From contig NC_090387.1 of assembly GCF_036365525.1 (NCBI RefSeq), positions 16,072,375 to 16,136,374 of the forward strand: a stretch of 64,000 nt of DNA. The letters are read 5' to 3'. Both the position numbers and the translations under genes were made by a program. The DNA is from Heterodontus francisci. Its lineage: Eukaryota. Shown here piece after piece: positions 26,048 through 37,416 of this stretch (the stretch's first letter is position 1; the number at the start of each line of letters is the position of its first letter). Below the pieces are notes generated by a model. The model was not told the DNA's origin, did no database searches, and worked only from the letters and a program-made list of their open reading frames with translations.

Positions 26048-27954
26048 ATAAAGGAGATATTAGAACAGGTGACCAAAAGCTTGGTCAAATATGTAGGTTT
26101 TAAGGAGTGTCTTAAAGGAAGAAAGCGGGTTAGAGAGACAGAGAGGTTTAGGGACAGAATTCCAGAGCTTAGGACCTAGGTAGCTGAGGTCACGGTCGCC
26201 AATGGTGGAGCGATGAAAATCAGGGCTGCGTGAGTGGCCAGAATTGGAGGAGCACAGATATCCTGGAGGGCTTGTAAAACAGACTTGATTCTTTGAATTC
26301 AGATTTGCCTATCACATCATAATTTCATATATGTTGCATACAGTCACATATGCTGTCATTTGATTTGTTTATTTTCACACTACCTTATCGCATTCCAAGA
26401 TCAAATGTAAATTTAAATGGGATGGGGGAATTCCTGCTTACTCTACTGTTGTTTTCTGGTCATCTATAGACCGGCTGAGAATAACCATTTAACATTCCTC
26501 ATTGGCTACCCTCTAATACTTCACCCACGTGTTTATCCTTCATCAATGAGGCCAGAATGAGGCGCGCTATTTGATTTTGGAATGCACCACAACCACAGCA
26601 TGTCCCCATCCTGCGCTGTCCTCACCCAATACCCAATGCACTTCCCATCCAGGCCCACATTTGGAGAACAATCCCCTGGGTAAGGCAGTAGGTGGCTGCC
26701 AGCTCCTATAGTCCTGCATGACTCAAGAGAGAAAGGGAAGACATTTGGGCAGGAGAGGGTAGGAAATCACTGAACTGTGTGCACAGCCTCCCATCCTCCA
26801 GTCCTTTTTCCTGTACAGACTGTTTGCAGTAGGGTTAACACAACGGTGTGAGGACTAGTGTAAAGCCAGTGGCGAATAGCCAAAGCCCAGCACAAAACGC
26901 ATTCCAGTTTTTATGGCTTTTGATGACGCCGATTAATTTTACTGTTTTCAAACGAGAACTGAAAATAACCTTACAGTCACACCAAATAGTTGCACAACTG
27001 GAACATGTCTTAAACTCAAATTCTTACATAAACTTCCTTGATGTGGTACATGTGCACGCAAGATGTACACTGAGTGTTTCAAGTATGCAGATTGGTCTGT
27101 GAAAGGGTTGGAAAGAGATCTCAACACAGGGATCTCTATAGAACAATAGTTTCCAGTATTATCTTCAATATTAGCATTATTTTTAATATCTGTATTTAAA
27201 CAGTCAGTGCTAATGACCCATCGTCAAGTAATGCTAGGTTGAAGGAGTTAATCGTAAAATTCAAGTCTCATTCACCCAGTCTAGTCAAGTCTAGAAGTGC
27301 ATTGGGGGCTGGATTAACATATAGGCTCGGAGGTGAGGCACCTCCTGTCAATAACTGCATCGCTACGGATGTGAATCTCACTGCCAGATTGGGTAACCTT
27401 TCCAAACCCGCTCATTGAAAGACGCTATATAAATTTCTAAAAAAAAATTCAATAAAAGTGTGTGGCAACTAGTAGGGAAAGAAAAAAAAATCCTGTAAAT
27501 ATTAATGAGAACACATTGTAACTACTTAATTTTTTTTAAAGAGAGACCCAAAGAGGAGACATGAGCACTTTAAAGTTTTTTTTTAAAGCCTCTTGCTTTG
27601 GATCCAGCATAGTTCATGTTATTTGGACCCATAGTAAGGAGCAATTAACAGAGGCAGGAAGCAAAAAAAAAAGCAAAACCATATTCAGTGTTCAGTTAGA
27701 ATCCAAATTAAAAGGCCTCCAATTCTGGAAGCGCTAGACATTACTTATGGGGTTCTCAATATCTGGACTGGGAGATAGCAAACCATTCTTTATTCTTACG
27801 TTCTTCATTATCTTGTCTAGTGTCCGTCCCTGGTGTAGCTATATTCCTGCATATCTCTCCACAACAGTCATAACTTGGAATTTATTTACCACTGTTTGCA
27901 CTGAGGACACATTACAGTGTTCAAAAGCTCTCTAAAGTCGTTAAGATTTTTTGC

Positions 27955-28790
27955 AGTGTGTGCGGAAGCGGCGAAGCATTCAGCGGCTCCGTGCCCTCAG
28001 AGATCGTTTGCTCGTTGCGGAGGGAGCATTTATCAGCGTTTACTTCAGAGAGTCTTGTTTTTCTAATTAGCTGAGAAATGTCTTCCTGCTGCTTTTTTAG
28101 TGGAGGTGGAAAGCATTAAACAGCGCAGACGGCGGAATTAACAAAAGAAGTGAGCGAGATGAGACCCCCTCCCCACTCGCCACTCCCCAACAGGAGCAAG
28201 CCCAAACACTTCCTCAGATCCGCCTGCCTAACTTCTCCGGGATTGTATGAACGGCGTTCCACTTTCGGTGAAGTTACGCCCGCGGAGGAGAGGCAGCTCC
28301 CAGGAAATTCCAGGTCCCGGTTGTCCGAAAAAACACCCCCCTTCCCTGGCTTCGTTGTCAAATGCACTTCCCGATCTGTGGAATTCCATCTTCCGTCCCC
28401 CGATTTTTAAGCTGGTTCCGTCGTTCGCCACTGACTCCCAGCACATTCCAGTTACCGCGTTGCAAGGTACAAGGTGAGAGCCTCCACAGCCGAATAGCCT
28501 GCCTAGGGTAATGCACAAAGAACGATCACTTCGGTTTCTTGAAGAATGGTAGCAAGCGCCTGTGGATTTTTACCCCAGTCTGACTGGGAGGTTTCAGGAG
28601 AGCAGCAGGAGAAAACCAACTGCGCGCTTCTGACTACATGATTGCCCTGAAACGAGCCATTAGCTGCATTTAGTTTTTCATTCAGAAGGAGAATGTCAGA
28701 TGGAATGACTGTCCAACCTGCCGAGGTAAGGACACGGGATTTGTGGCATTCCCTGATCTCAAGTTCCTAATCTAAGCCTGGCCCGAAACG
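27955..28790 (+). promoter_or_regulatory. CpG-rich non-repeat segment: putative promoter and 5' exons of an unidentified host gene
   Basis: CpG dinucleotides are visibly enriched against CpG-depleted flanks, with no repeat similarity recognised. Splice donors at 28473/28474 (AAG|GTGAGA) and 28725/28726 (GAG|GTAAGG), acceptor at 28685 (TTTTTCATTCAG|). MCAT motif CATTCCA at 28444. Confidence 0.55.
28693..28725 (+). CDS. Possible first coding exon portion (MSDGMTVQPAE, phase 0)
   Basis: ATG with A at -3 inside a 40-nt exon (28686-28725) bounded by good splice sites. The peptide is not recognised and could be a uORF or UTR. Confidence 0.3.
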
Positions 28791-28827
28791 AGACACAGTC
28801 CCACAGAAGAGGGAACATTGGAGGAAT

Positions 28828-29235
28828 GAAAGAAAGTTCGTGCGTTTAGATAGCGTCTTTCAGGACCCCAAGGTGTCCCAAAACGTTTTGCTGCCAATGA
28901 AGTACTTTTGAAGTCCAGTCACTGTTGTAGGAAATGCAGCAGCTGATTTTCACACAGCAAGATCCCACAAACAGCAATGTGATAATGGCCAAGTAATCTG
29001 CCTTTTTTTAAGTGATGTTGGTTAAGGGATAAACATTAGCAAGGGCACTAAGAACAGCACTGCTCTTCTTCAAATAGTGCCATGGGATCTTTTACATCCA
29101 CCTGAAAGAGAACACAGGCCCTTAATTTAACGCATTATTGAAAAGAGGCGCCTCTGACCTTCTGCCTTCCCTCAGTACTCAGCCTAGCTTGTTCAAGTGG
29201 ACTTGGCCCCATGACCTTCAGCCTCAGAGGCGGGA
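28828..29235 (-). mobile_element. SacSINE1-like Deu SINE
   Basis: Full tail-core-head collinear with the other copies. Confidence 0.75.
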
Positions 29236-29859
29236 ACTCTAATAAAGGAAGTTCAGCTCTTGGTCCAAGAGAGGGGTCTGCAACCTGCTGAGCAACATGC
29301 GACTCCCGACTTTGATAGATCGAAACCATTTTGATGGAAATTAAGTGGCTTGTTTCATTTTTTTAAACTTTAATTAAAATTGTACTTGTGAGAAAGTATC
29401 ATTCAATTAACAACTTTCTTGTAAAAACCTTTAAAATGTTGTTGAAATGTGTCTCTGTCTTGTTTCTCATTATTATTGGCATTTGAGTAACAGCATTGCA
29501 GCTCTTAAGATATTGCGGTTTTGACTAAATTTATAAATATGGCTCTTCTTGTTATTAAGGTTGTTGACCCCAGGTCTAAGAGGATTAAGTAGAGTTGTTC
29601 AGATAAACAATCACCAACCCTGGCAGTTTAGCTTCATTGGCTCCTGCATTCCTAGGTAAAGCAGGCCGCAGCCACCAAACACCCAGGTTTCCGCTGTAAC
29701 TTGTAGCTTCGCTGCTCCTATCGAAGTGTGCAGACAAGACACCCACATCTAGCTGCAAAGGAAACTACAATGTCAGCGGCTATTAGCTAATATAACTCTG
29801 ACTGTGCAACTGAGCAGCTGCCCCCAGTTTAACAAAGGCTGTCAAAATTATAGATACTG

Positions 29860-30394
29860 GAGGTCAAATTGGTCTTCAGCGAAGGCACAAATTTTAAACC
29901 TTCATTCCCTCCACCACTGACACACGGTGGCTGCAGTGTGTATCATTTACAGGATGCATTGCAGCAACTCCCGTTTGGGGACCTCTACCGACTAGAAGGA
30001 CAAAGGCAGCAAGCACATGAGAACACCACCACCTCCAAGTTCCCCTCCAAGTCACACACCATCCTGACTTGGAAATATATCGCCATTCCTTCATCATCCC
30101 TCCCTGACAGTATAGGAACACATTCACAACATGGACTGCAGCAGTTCAAGAAGGCGGCTCATCACCACCTTCTTATGGGCAATTAGGGATGGACAATAAA
30201 TGCTGGCCTTGCCAGCGACACTCGCATCCCGTGAATGAATAAAAAAACAACGGGCAAGTAGGTGGGGGAGGTGTGGTCAGTGAATCAGCAGGTCACCAAC
30301 ATCATGCCTGAAGTCAATGGAAAATAAATTTGAGCCTTGATGTAAAACAGGCTGTCAAATTGCTATTGTTTTCATTAAAAACCAATTTCACCCC
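29860..30394. mobile_element. Old Harbinger-like MITE containing a CR1 family B 3' end (29895-30248, +)
   Basis: Ends GAGGTCAAATTGGTCTT and AAAACCAATTTCACCCC are imperfect inverted repeats. Flanks CTG/ATG may be a degenerate 3-bp TSD. Confidence 0.55.
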
Positions 30395-30749
30395 ATGGTC
30401 TATGAGCTGGCTCTGACAGGAAAAGCATACAACACACTCTCTCCACAGTGCTTCTATTGATGTAATGCAGTTGCCTGTTGACATGGCTGAGAGGGTGCAG
30501 TGCCTTTGAAGAGCCTGGCCATTTTTAATTCAGGCGAGTTCAGTTTGAACTGAAGAAAATGAGGTGCAGCATAGAAAAGAAATGATTCTAAGAGCAGTGA
30601 CAACCAAAGTAACTGTAATCAAGGATGGGCTGTGTTTGGAGCCGAGTATGGGCCTGTGCTTAGAATGCAGAAAAGATTGAGAGAGATGTTGCAGAGAACA
30701 GCACAGATCTGATACATATGTGGAGGTACGTCATTGATTGAAGTCATTT

Positions 30750-30995
30750 TAACAACAGCAGCTTGCATTTATATAGCGCCATTATCACAGTAAAACGTCC
30801 CAAGGCTCTTCACAGGAGCATAATCAAACAAAATTTTACACCAAGCCACATAAGGAGATCTTAGGAAAGGTGATAAAAAGCTTCTTCAAAGATGTGGAAT
30901 TTAAGTAATGTTGTAAGGAGGAGGGAGAGGTGGAGCAGTTTAAGGAGGGGATTCCAGATCTTTGGGCCTGGGCAGCTGAAAGTACAGCCACCACA
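30750..30995 (-). mobile_element. L2 3' end
   Basis: 'gcttgcatttatatagcgcc...aaacgtcccaagg...ccacataaggagat'. Confidence 0.75.
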
Positions 30996-32456
30996 AATGC
31001 TTCACAGTGCTGACTGATCTGTCATGTGTTTCCAGCATTTTCTGTTTTTGTTATATATAAAATATAACTCTTGAATGATTATACACGGGACAGAAATGAA
31101 TGCAGCATGATACTAACACAATCTAATTAACAAGTGTATACAGTAAGCAGTCACACACAATTAACAGGACAGATATTAAACAGGAGTAACCAATTAACGA
31201 GATATATATGAAAACAGTTCACACAATTGACTCAGATGTGCTTAATAACCAACATCATTAAAATGCAGATTTTACAGTTATCATATTGCTGTTTGTGGGA
31301 GCTTGCTGTGCACAAATTGGTTCCTGTGTTTTCTACATTACACCAGTGACTGCACTTCAGAAGAAATTAATGGTTGTAAAGCACTTTGGAATGTCCCGAA
31401 GTCATGAAATGCACTATATAAATCCAAGTCCTTTTCATTAATAAGAGAATGCAATTTATGCAAACTACAGTAAACAAGAGTATGCAATTCGCAATATAAA
31501 AAAACTAAAAATGAGTAAGAAAGAAAAGCAATGAAAAGAAAGAAATTTAGAAGACAAAGTAGTGCGAGGTGTATAAATAGAATATTTCTTCACCTGCAAT
31601 GTGAAGTGATAAATATCTCCATATGCACCACAACCATAATTCACCCACAGATGCATCGCTTGTGAATTTCCTGGTCGGCCTCACTTGTGAATATATTTAT
31701 CATGTGTCGCAATTGGCCAGCATCTATCCTGTGTATATAATTTTAAGGAAGAAATATTTTCAAAGGATACAAATTGTGTTGTAAATTCAGTGTAAAAAAT
31801 GTTGACATATATGGATGTAGCCCAGTTTATATGGACATCTACAGGACTTTGACCCCAGAGTCACGAAGAGAATCTAAATGATTTTGGAGTAAAGCTCACA
31901 CAGGTCTTAGTGAAGGGTAACAAAGATGTAACAATTAAAACTAATTACTAGCTTATGAAATATCACTGATAACCAGTAATAACAGAAGCCCAAAGCCACA
32001 AAACTGATATAAAAGCAAAATACTGCGGATGCTGGAAATCTGATATTCCTTCTGTTACATCACAGTCCAACAATCACTGAAAATGCAATTTCCAATTACA
32101 CATCCCTTCAAAAGCAATGGAAAAGCTAAGTAGAGGGATCTTTATTCTGCACTAACTGTGCTACTCCTGAACTGGAAGTGATTAATATTGATACTGAGTA
32201 CCCAAAGTGAAAAGTTATTCCTTTGTCCCAACACCAACCAGTGACACCTCTCACTCTGATGAATCACTCAACAGTTCAGTTTTGGGGTTGTGTCAGTGGC
32301 CATCAATGGCTTGACCTTCATTCCCACAATTGATTTGGGGATCAGAACCCCTGAAAATGACTTTCTGTGTAGAAATGTCAAACAGTGGAACCTATCCCAT
32401 TCGTTCCCTTTCACTGACCCCAATCTATATCACAGATTTCTGGGAATATTGGAATT

Positions 32457-33063
32457 CTTGGCAACCTGGGGTTTTCTGAATTGTACAAACAGTTTGAACT
32501 GAGAGTGTCTGTTTGCTCCTGGACTGAGAAGATCTCTCCTGTCTGCTCCCATCTCTTTCTCACAACCCTCTGAATCCACTGAAGACACATGAACTCCAAG
32601 AGAGAAAAGTCTCCTACAATGAACAAGGTTTAAGAATAATACTGGGCCCCAATAAAAAGCCAGAACTACCTACAATCAAGGACTCTACAGTGAGCTTGAA
32701 AAACCGTAACAAAAACTCTTCAGATATTGCCTCAAACTCTTTCACTTTATTTTTCGTCTGCCCTTCCCTGTCTCTCTTTGCATGTGTGTATCGCGTATGC
32801 ATGCTAACGTGGACGCGTCGTGTATCCGTAGGCGTCAACCGAATTAAAGTTTAAGTTCAAGTTTAATAAATTTCAATCTTTCTTCTTTAAACCTAAGAAA
32901 GCCTGTTTGTGCTGGTTTCTTTGCCTTATAATTGGAAAGCGGTGAACAAGGATTCACCAAGGGAGAGCTAAAAACACGGTGTGTTTAAAATTAAACCCTG
33001 TTACAGTAAGACCAGGCGAAGGCTGAGAGGGACCCTACACACCTTTCTCATCTAGTCATAACT
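32457..33063 (+). repeat. 5' LTR (missing its first ~295 bp)
   Basis: Aligns with 36619-37739 once the two insertions there are removed. Ends 'tagtcataact' just before the PBS. Confidence 0.85.
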
Positions 33064-33203
33064 GAAATTTGGGTGCTATCATCCAGAATTGAGCCATAAA
33101 CAAATGAGAGAAATTGGAAGTGGGAAGCCAAATTGTTCCCAGTCAAAACAGAGCAAGATTTCAATACAGGTTTTCTTGTGGTTGTGTGTGCTCGAATATT
33201 AAC

Positions 33204-34440
33204 ATGTCTGCAACTGAAGCTAGTAGCTCCCCAAGCCAGGGTGAAGTAGCTTGGGGTAAGTTAAAAGCTCTGTCTATGGAGGAGTTGAGGAAAATGGCTG
33301 AGCAGTGTGGGATCACTGTACGTGGCAAGGCTAGAAAGTGTGAACTGCTAAGGCTCGTGGCCAACCATTTTTCCATTGAATCTGAAGAAGCAGAAACAGG
33401 GTCAAAAGTAGATCCCAACAGGGTACTGCTAGCAAAGGTACAATTGGAACAGAGGAAACTTGAATTAGAGGAGAGGGAGAAAGAGAGAGCCTTCCAGAAA
33501 GAACGTGAAGAGAAAGAAAGAGAGGAGAGGGACAGAGAAAGACAGGAGAAGGAACAAGAGAGGAGAGAGAGAGAGAAAGAATATTCTGGAAGGAATGCAA
33601 AGAAAGAGAGCTGAAGCTTAAGTTAACTAGGGGGCGACGGAGTAACCCCAGTAAAAGAATGGCCAATGTGGATGAGTATAATTCAGGGCTGGGTCAACTA
33701 ATTGCAAGATTTAATAAGGAGGATGTAGATGAATTTTTTGTGCCCTTTGAGAAACTGGCAAGGCAGCTAAAATGGCCAGCTGAGACCTGGCCTCTTTTAA
33801 TACAAAGCAAGCTAACTGGAAAAGCCCATGAGGTTTATTCCCTGTTGCCAGATGAGAGTTCATCAAATTATGAACTGACCAAAAATGCTATCTTCGGGTC
33901 ATCTGAATTAGTACCCGAAGCCCATCACCAAAAGTTTAGAACCATCAAGAAGCAAACTAATCAAACTTATCTGGAGTTTGAAAGAAGTAAGCAGCTGTCT
34001 TTTGACCAGTCGTTGAGGGCTGTTAAAGTACAGCTCAGCTCTGAGAATCTCAGAGAGGTAATTCTGTTAGAGGAACTTAAACACTCTCTCCTACTCTCCA
34101 TAAAGACCCACGTAGAGGAGCAGCAGGTCCAAAGAGCCTGGCAAATGGCCGTTCTGGCCAATGAGTTTGCTTTAATTTATAAGTCGGTTTCCAAGGGGAG
34201 AACCTTTCCTAGTCACCCCACAAATCCGAAAAGGACAACGGGTGGGAATGTGATAGGAGCACAAGCAGTCCTGGGAGAGAAAGAAAAGCAGGAGACACAG
34301 GGGACCCTCCTCTAGCCAAAAAGGAAGGTGCTATGGGCAAGTGAGAGACCCGGAGACCTGCGTGCTTCAATTGTAATAAGTCAGGGTATTTAAAAGCTGA
34401 CTGCTGGAAACTAAAGAGAAAACCTGTAGGGTTAATCAGG
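33204..34440 (+). pseudogene. gag: helix-extension-helix-like N-terminus, E/R/K coiled coil, SCAN-related capsid, zinc knuckle
   Basis: LKALSMEELRKMAEQCGI...KCELL; ARFNKEDVDEFF--FEKLA-QLKWP--W-LLIQSKLTGKA...ELVPEAHHQKFR; CFNCNKSGYLKADCW at about 34360-34410. Frameshifted. Confidence 0.85.
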
Positions 34441-34599
34441 GCACACCCGCTCAGTGAAGAAGGACCCTGAAGGAAAGCGCAGCAGAAGAAACTGTGGCTT
34501 TAAATGCAGTAAGAGTGAGACCCAGGAAGCTTACAGCTGCAAATGCAGGAAAATGTAATAGGATTCCTGAAGGTTATCAGAGCTTTGTGACTGAAGGGA

Positions 34600-35520
34600 A
34601 AGTAATCCATACCCCTCAAGTGGGGCAAGCAAGCCCATAGTGAATCTCAAAAACTTAGGGGCCTCTAGATCCCTTTTACTGGGAAAAGGCCTGACCTTTC
34701 CCCCAGAGAGTGCAGTGAACACCAGAATGGTGGTGAATGGTATTGGAGGGCAGTGTATGCCTGTACCGATACACCAGGTGCACCTGGAGTGCGACCTATT
34801 TTTGGGAACGGTGACTGTAGGGATTGTCCCTAGTTTGCCTGTGGACAGGGTTGACCTGCTCCTAGGTAATGATCTGGTGGGGGTGAAGGTGGTAGTCCCC
34901 CCAGTGGTGAAAGAAAGACCGCAGGAGGTCAGAGAGACAGAGCAGTGGCGGGAGACGGACCCCTGCAGTTTTCCTGAATGTGACGAGGATCAGGCCATGA
35001 TCAAACCAGCTCCCCCAGAGGAGACTGAATTGGCACTGCAGGCAGATGATCGGGCCTGTCTGTCTGAGATTTTCTTTGGAAAGTTAGGAGACCCAGGGAA
35101 TGAAGCAAATGGATTTTCCCTAGCTGAGGATCAGTGAGCCGACCCAGTATTGCAAGAATTAGCACAGGCTACCCGGTCTGAAATTGAAGCAGTCCCTGTC
35201 TGCCACTATTTAAAGAATGAGGTACTGATGAGGAAATGGAGTTCTCCTCACAGACCTGAGACAAGGAGTGGACAGTAATTCACTAGTTAGTGGTGCCACA
35301 GAGGTACCAGAGAGAAATATTAAGAAGGGTCCATGAGACTACAGTGGCTGTACATATCAGTATACAAAAGACCAAAGCCCGCATAAGACTGCAGTTTGAT
35401 TGGCCAAAATTCCACAAGGATGTGGTGGAGTACTGCAGGAGTTGCCACATGTCCGAAGTTGAGGGGAAACCCCAACCTATAGTGAAACTTGGACCCCTAA
35501 ATCCTGTGTTAGAAGGACCC
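34600..35520 (+). pseudogene. pol remnant: aspartic protease followed by integrase zinc-binding (HHCC) domain
   Basis: Degenerate active site (LKNLGASRSLL in place of LRDTGA), VDLLLGNDL, then VVPQRYQREILRRVH...H...FDWPKFHKDVVEYCRSC. Confidence 0.85.
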
Positions 35521-36668
35521 TCCAGCAGAGGGCTGTTGAACTGTAAGGGACCTCCACTGAGAACAAAAAGGGATGCAGACACAAGGCTGGCAATAAGTTA
35601 GATAGATATGGGAAAAGTGACCAAGAGGGCAGGTTAAAGAAGTCCAGGAGGAATCCTGGGTGAAAGCCCCTACCGTCCAGTCAGTCAACCCTGGAAAATG
35701 TGAAAAGTTAGACCCCACATCCTCCTACATAAATGCAGACACTAGAAGCACCCCACCAGAGTTACTAACAGCATTTACAGGAAGCTGCAGAGACACAGAA
35801 AAACCTCTAGGGGGCAGAGAAACTGTGAGGGTGATGCCTCACCTCGTCAAAGTGCCAAAGGGGAGTGCAGTAGAGTCTGCACAAACACCTGCAGGCAGGA
35901 GTGTCCTCTGGGACAAAGGGTAGATTAGCAAAGAATCCTCCCCACATTCAGAACCAAAGAGAACCACCCATCCCCCAAAGTCAAAAGCTTTTGCATGACG
36001 CAGCAAAGCACTGAAAGAGAGTTCAGGATAGATTTGCCCAATACTTAATCTCCTGAAAAAAAATTACCTCAGCAGGAATAAAGATCCTAAATAGCCCTGG
36101 AAATTGGCAAACGGAAGAGCAACTTCCCCAAAAATGAACCTGGGTTACTGGGATGCCAAAAAGGTTGGTGGGGGGGTGGAGGTGAGGCAGTTTTAATAAG
36201 TTTTAGGATTTGTGAATGAGTGATAGAAATGCTTTTTTTTTGCTGCATCTCATATTTTCTCTTGACCCTTTTAATGAAATGCGCCTTTTCTCAAATTGCA
36301 TTTCATTCCGCTGGGTGTGGAGGTGTCATGCTAGGCCCCCACCTGCCAAGAATGAGGCACATTAATTTTGTTATGAACATTGATTTTAAACTGTTACTTG
36401 AGTTAAGAAAGGACTTGTTAAACAGATCAGCCATGGCTGGAAAACACATTTGCACATTAACAGATGGTGATCAGAAGGACAAAGGACCATTCCCTGACAC
36501 ATTCAACCCATAATGGACCTTGATTGCCAGGTATTGTGTGTAAGAGGAGCATGCCAGAGACTGCTAAGGTGATACAATCCAAGACGTGGTCAGACAAGTT
36601 AGTCACATGAGTAACCTACTTGGTAACCTGGGGTTTTCTGAATTGTACAAACAGTTTGAACTGAGAGT

Positions 36669-36903
36669 AAACAAGAAATGCTGGAATCACTCAACAGGTC
36701 TGGCAGCATCTGTGGAAAGAGAGGCAGAGTTAACGTTTCGGGTCAGTGACCCTTCTTTGGATGAAGGTTCCGAAGAAGGGTCACTGACCCGAAACGTTAA
36801 CTCTGCTTCTCTTTCCACAGATGCTGCCAGACCTGCTGAGTGATTCCAGCATTTCTTGTTTTTGTTTCAGATTTCCAGCATCCGCAGTATTTCGCTTTTA
36901 TTA
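36669..36903. mobile_element. 235-bp hairpin retro-insertion (probably Penelope-like-element derived) with a minimal hammerhead motif
   Basis: Exact 13-bp TSD TTGAACTGAGAGT (36656-36668, 36904-36916). Inverted arms 36669-36757 and 36773-36861 with 2 mismatches in 89 bp. Confidence 0.8.
36766..36802 (+). ncRNA. Candidate minimal type I hammerhead ribozyme motif (U4C core variant)
   Basis: ggtt-CCGAAGA-a-GGGTC-act-GACCC-GAA-ACGT-T-aact: core boxes, 5-bp helix II, palindromic ACGT helix III, GUU cleavage triplet and a 4-bp helix I. Confidence 0.5.
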
Positions 36904-37112
36904 TTGAACTGAGAGTGTCTGTTTGCTCCTGGACTGAGAAGATCTGTCCTGTCTGCTCCCATCTCTTTCTCACAAGTTTCTGAATCCACTGAAGACACAT
37001 GAACCCCAAGAGAGAAAAGTCTCCTACAGCAAACAAGGTTTAAGAAAAATACTGGGCCCCATCGAAAAGGACTCTACAGTGAGCTCGAAGAATTGTAACA
37101 AAAACTCTTCAG

Positions 37113-37416
37113 TGGTGCAGTGGTTAGCTCCGCAGCCTCACAGCTCCAGCGACCCAGGTTCAGTTCTGGGTTCTTCCTGTGACCGCGTGGGTTTGCGCCG
37201 GGTGCTTCGGTTTCCTCCCACAGCCAAAGACTTGCAGGTTGATGGGTAAATTGGCCATTGTAAATTGCCCCGAGTGTAGGTAGGTGGTAGGAGAAAGGTG
37301 TGGATGTGGTAGGGAATATGGGATTAATGTAGGATTAGTATAAATGGGTGGTTGTTGGTTGGCACAGACTCAGTGGGCCATAGGGCCTATTTCAGTGCTG
37401 CATCATAAAATAAAAA
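37113..37416 (+). mobile_element. HE1-like tRNA SINE inserted in the 3' LTR
   Basis: A and B boxes plus an A-rich tail. Splits 'ctcttcag|atattgcc', which is contiguous in the 5' LTR. Confidence 0.85.

Larger units (their letters stand above)
23895..26270 (-). mobile_element. L2 3' end split by CR1 insertions (pieces about 23895-23975 and 26048-26270)
   Basis: 'aaatttgacacc' continues as 'ataaaggagatattagaacaggtgacc', as in unsplit L2 copies (e.g. 30750-30995). Confidence 0.7.

Noticed and set aside
36669-36861. Hairpin as a miRNA precursor or DNA-transposon MITE
   Set aside because: The 13-bp TSD and the unpaired ~40-bp extension on one side fit a retrotransposed, inverted insertion better. 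No small-RNA evidence is available.
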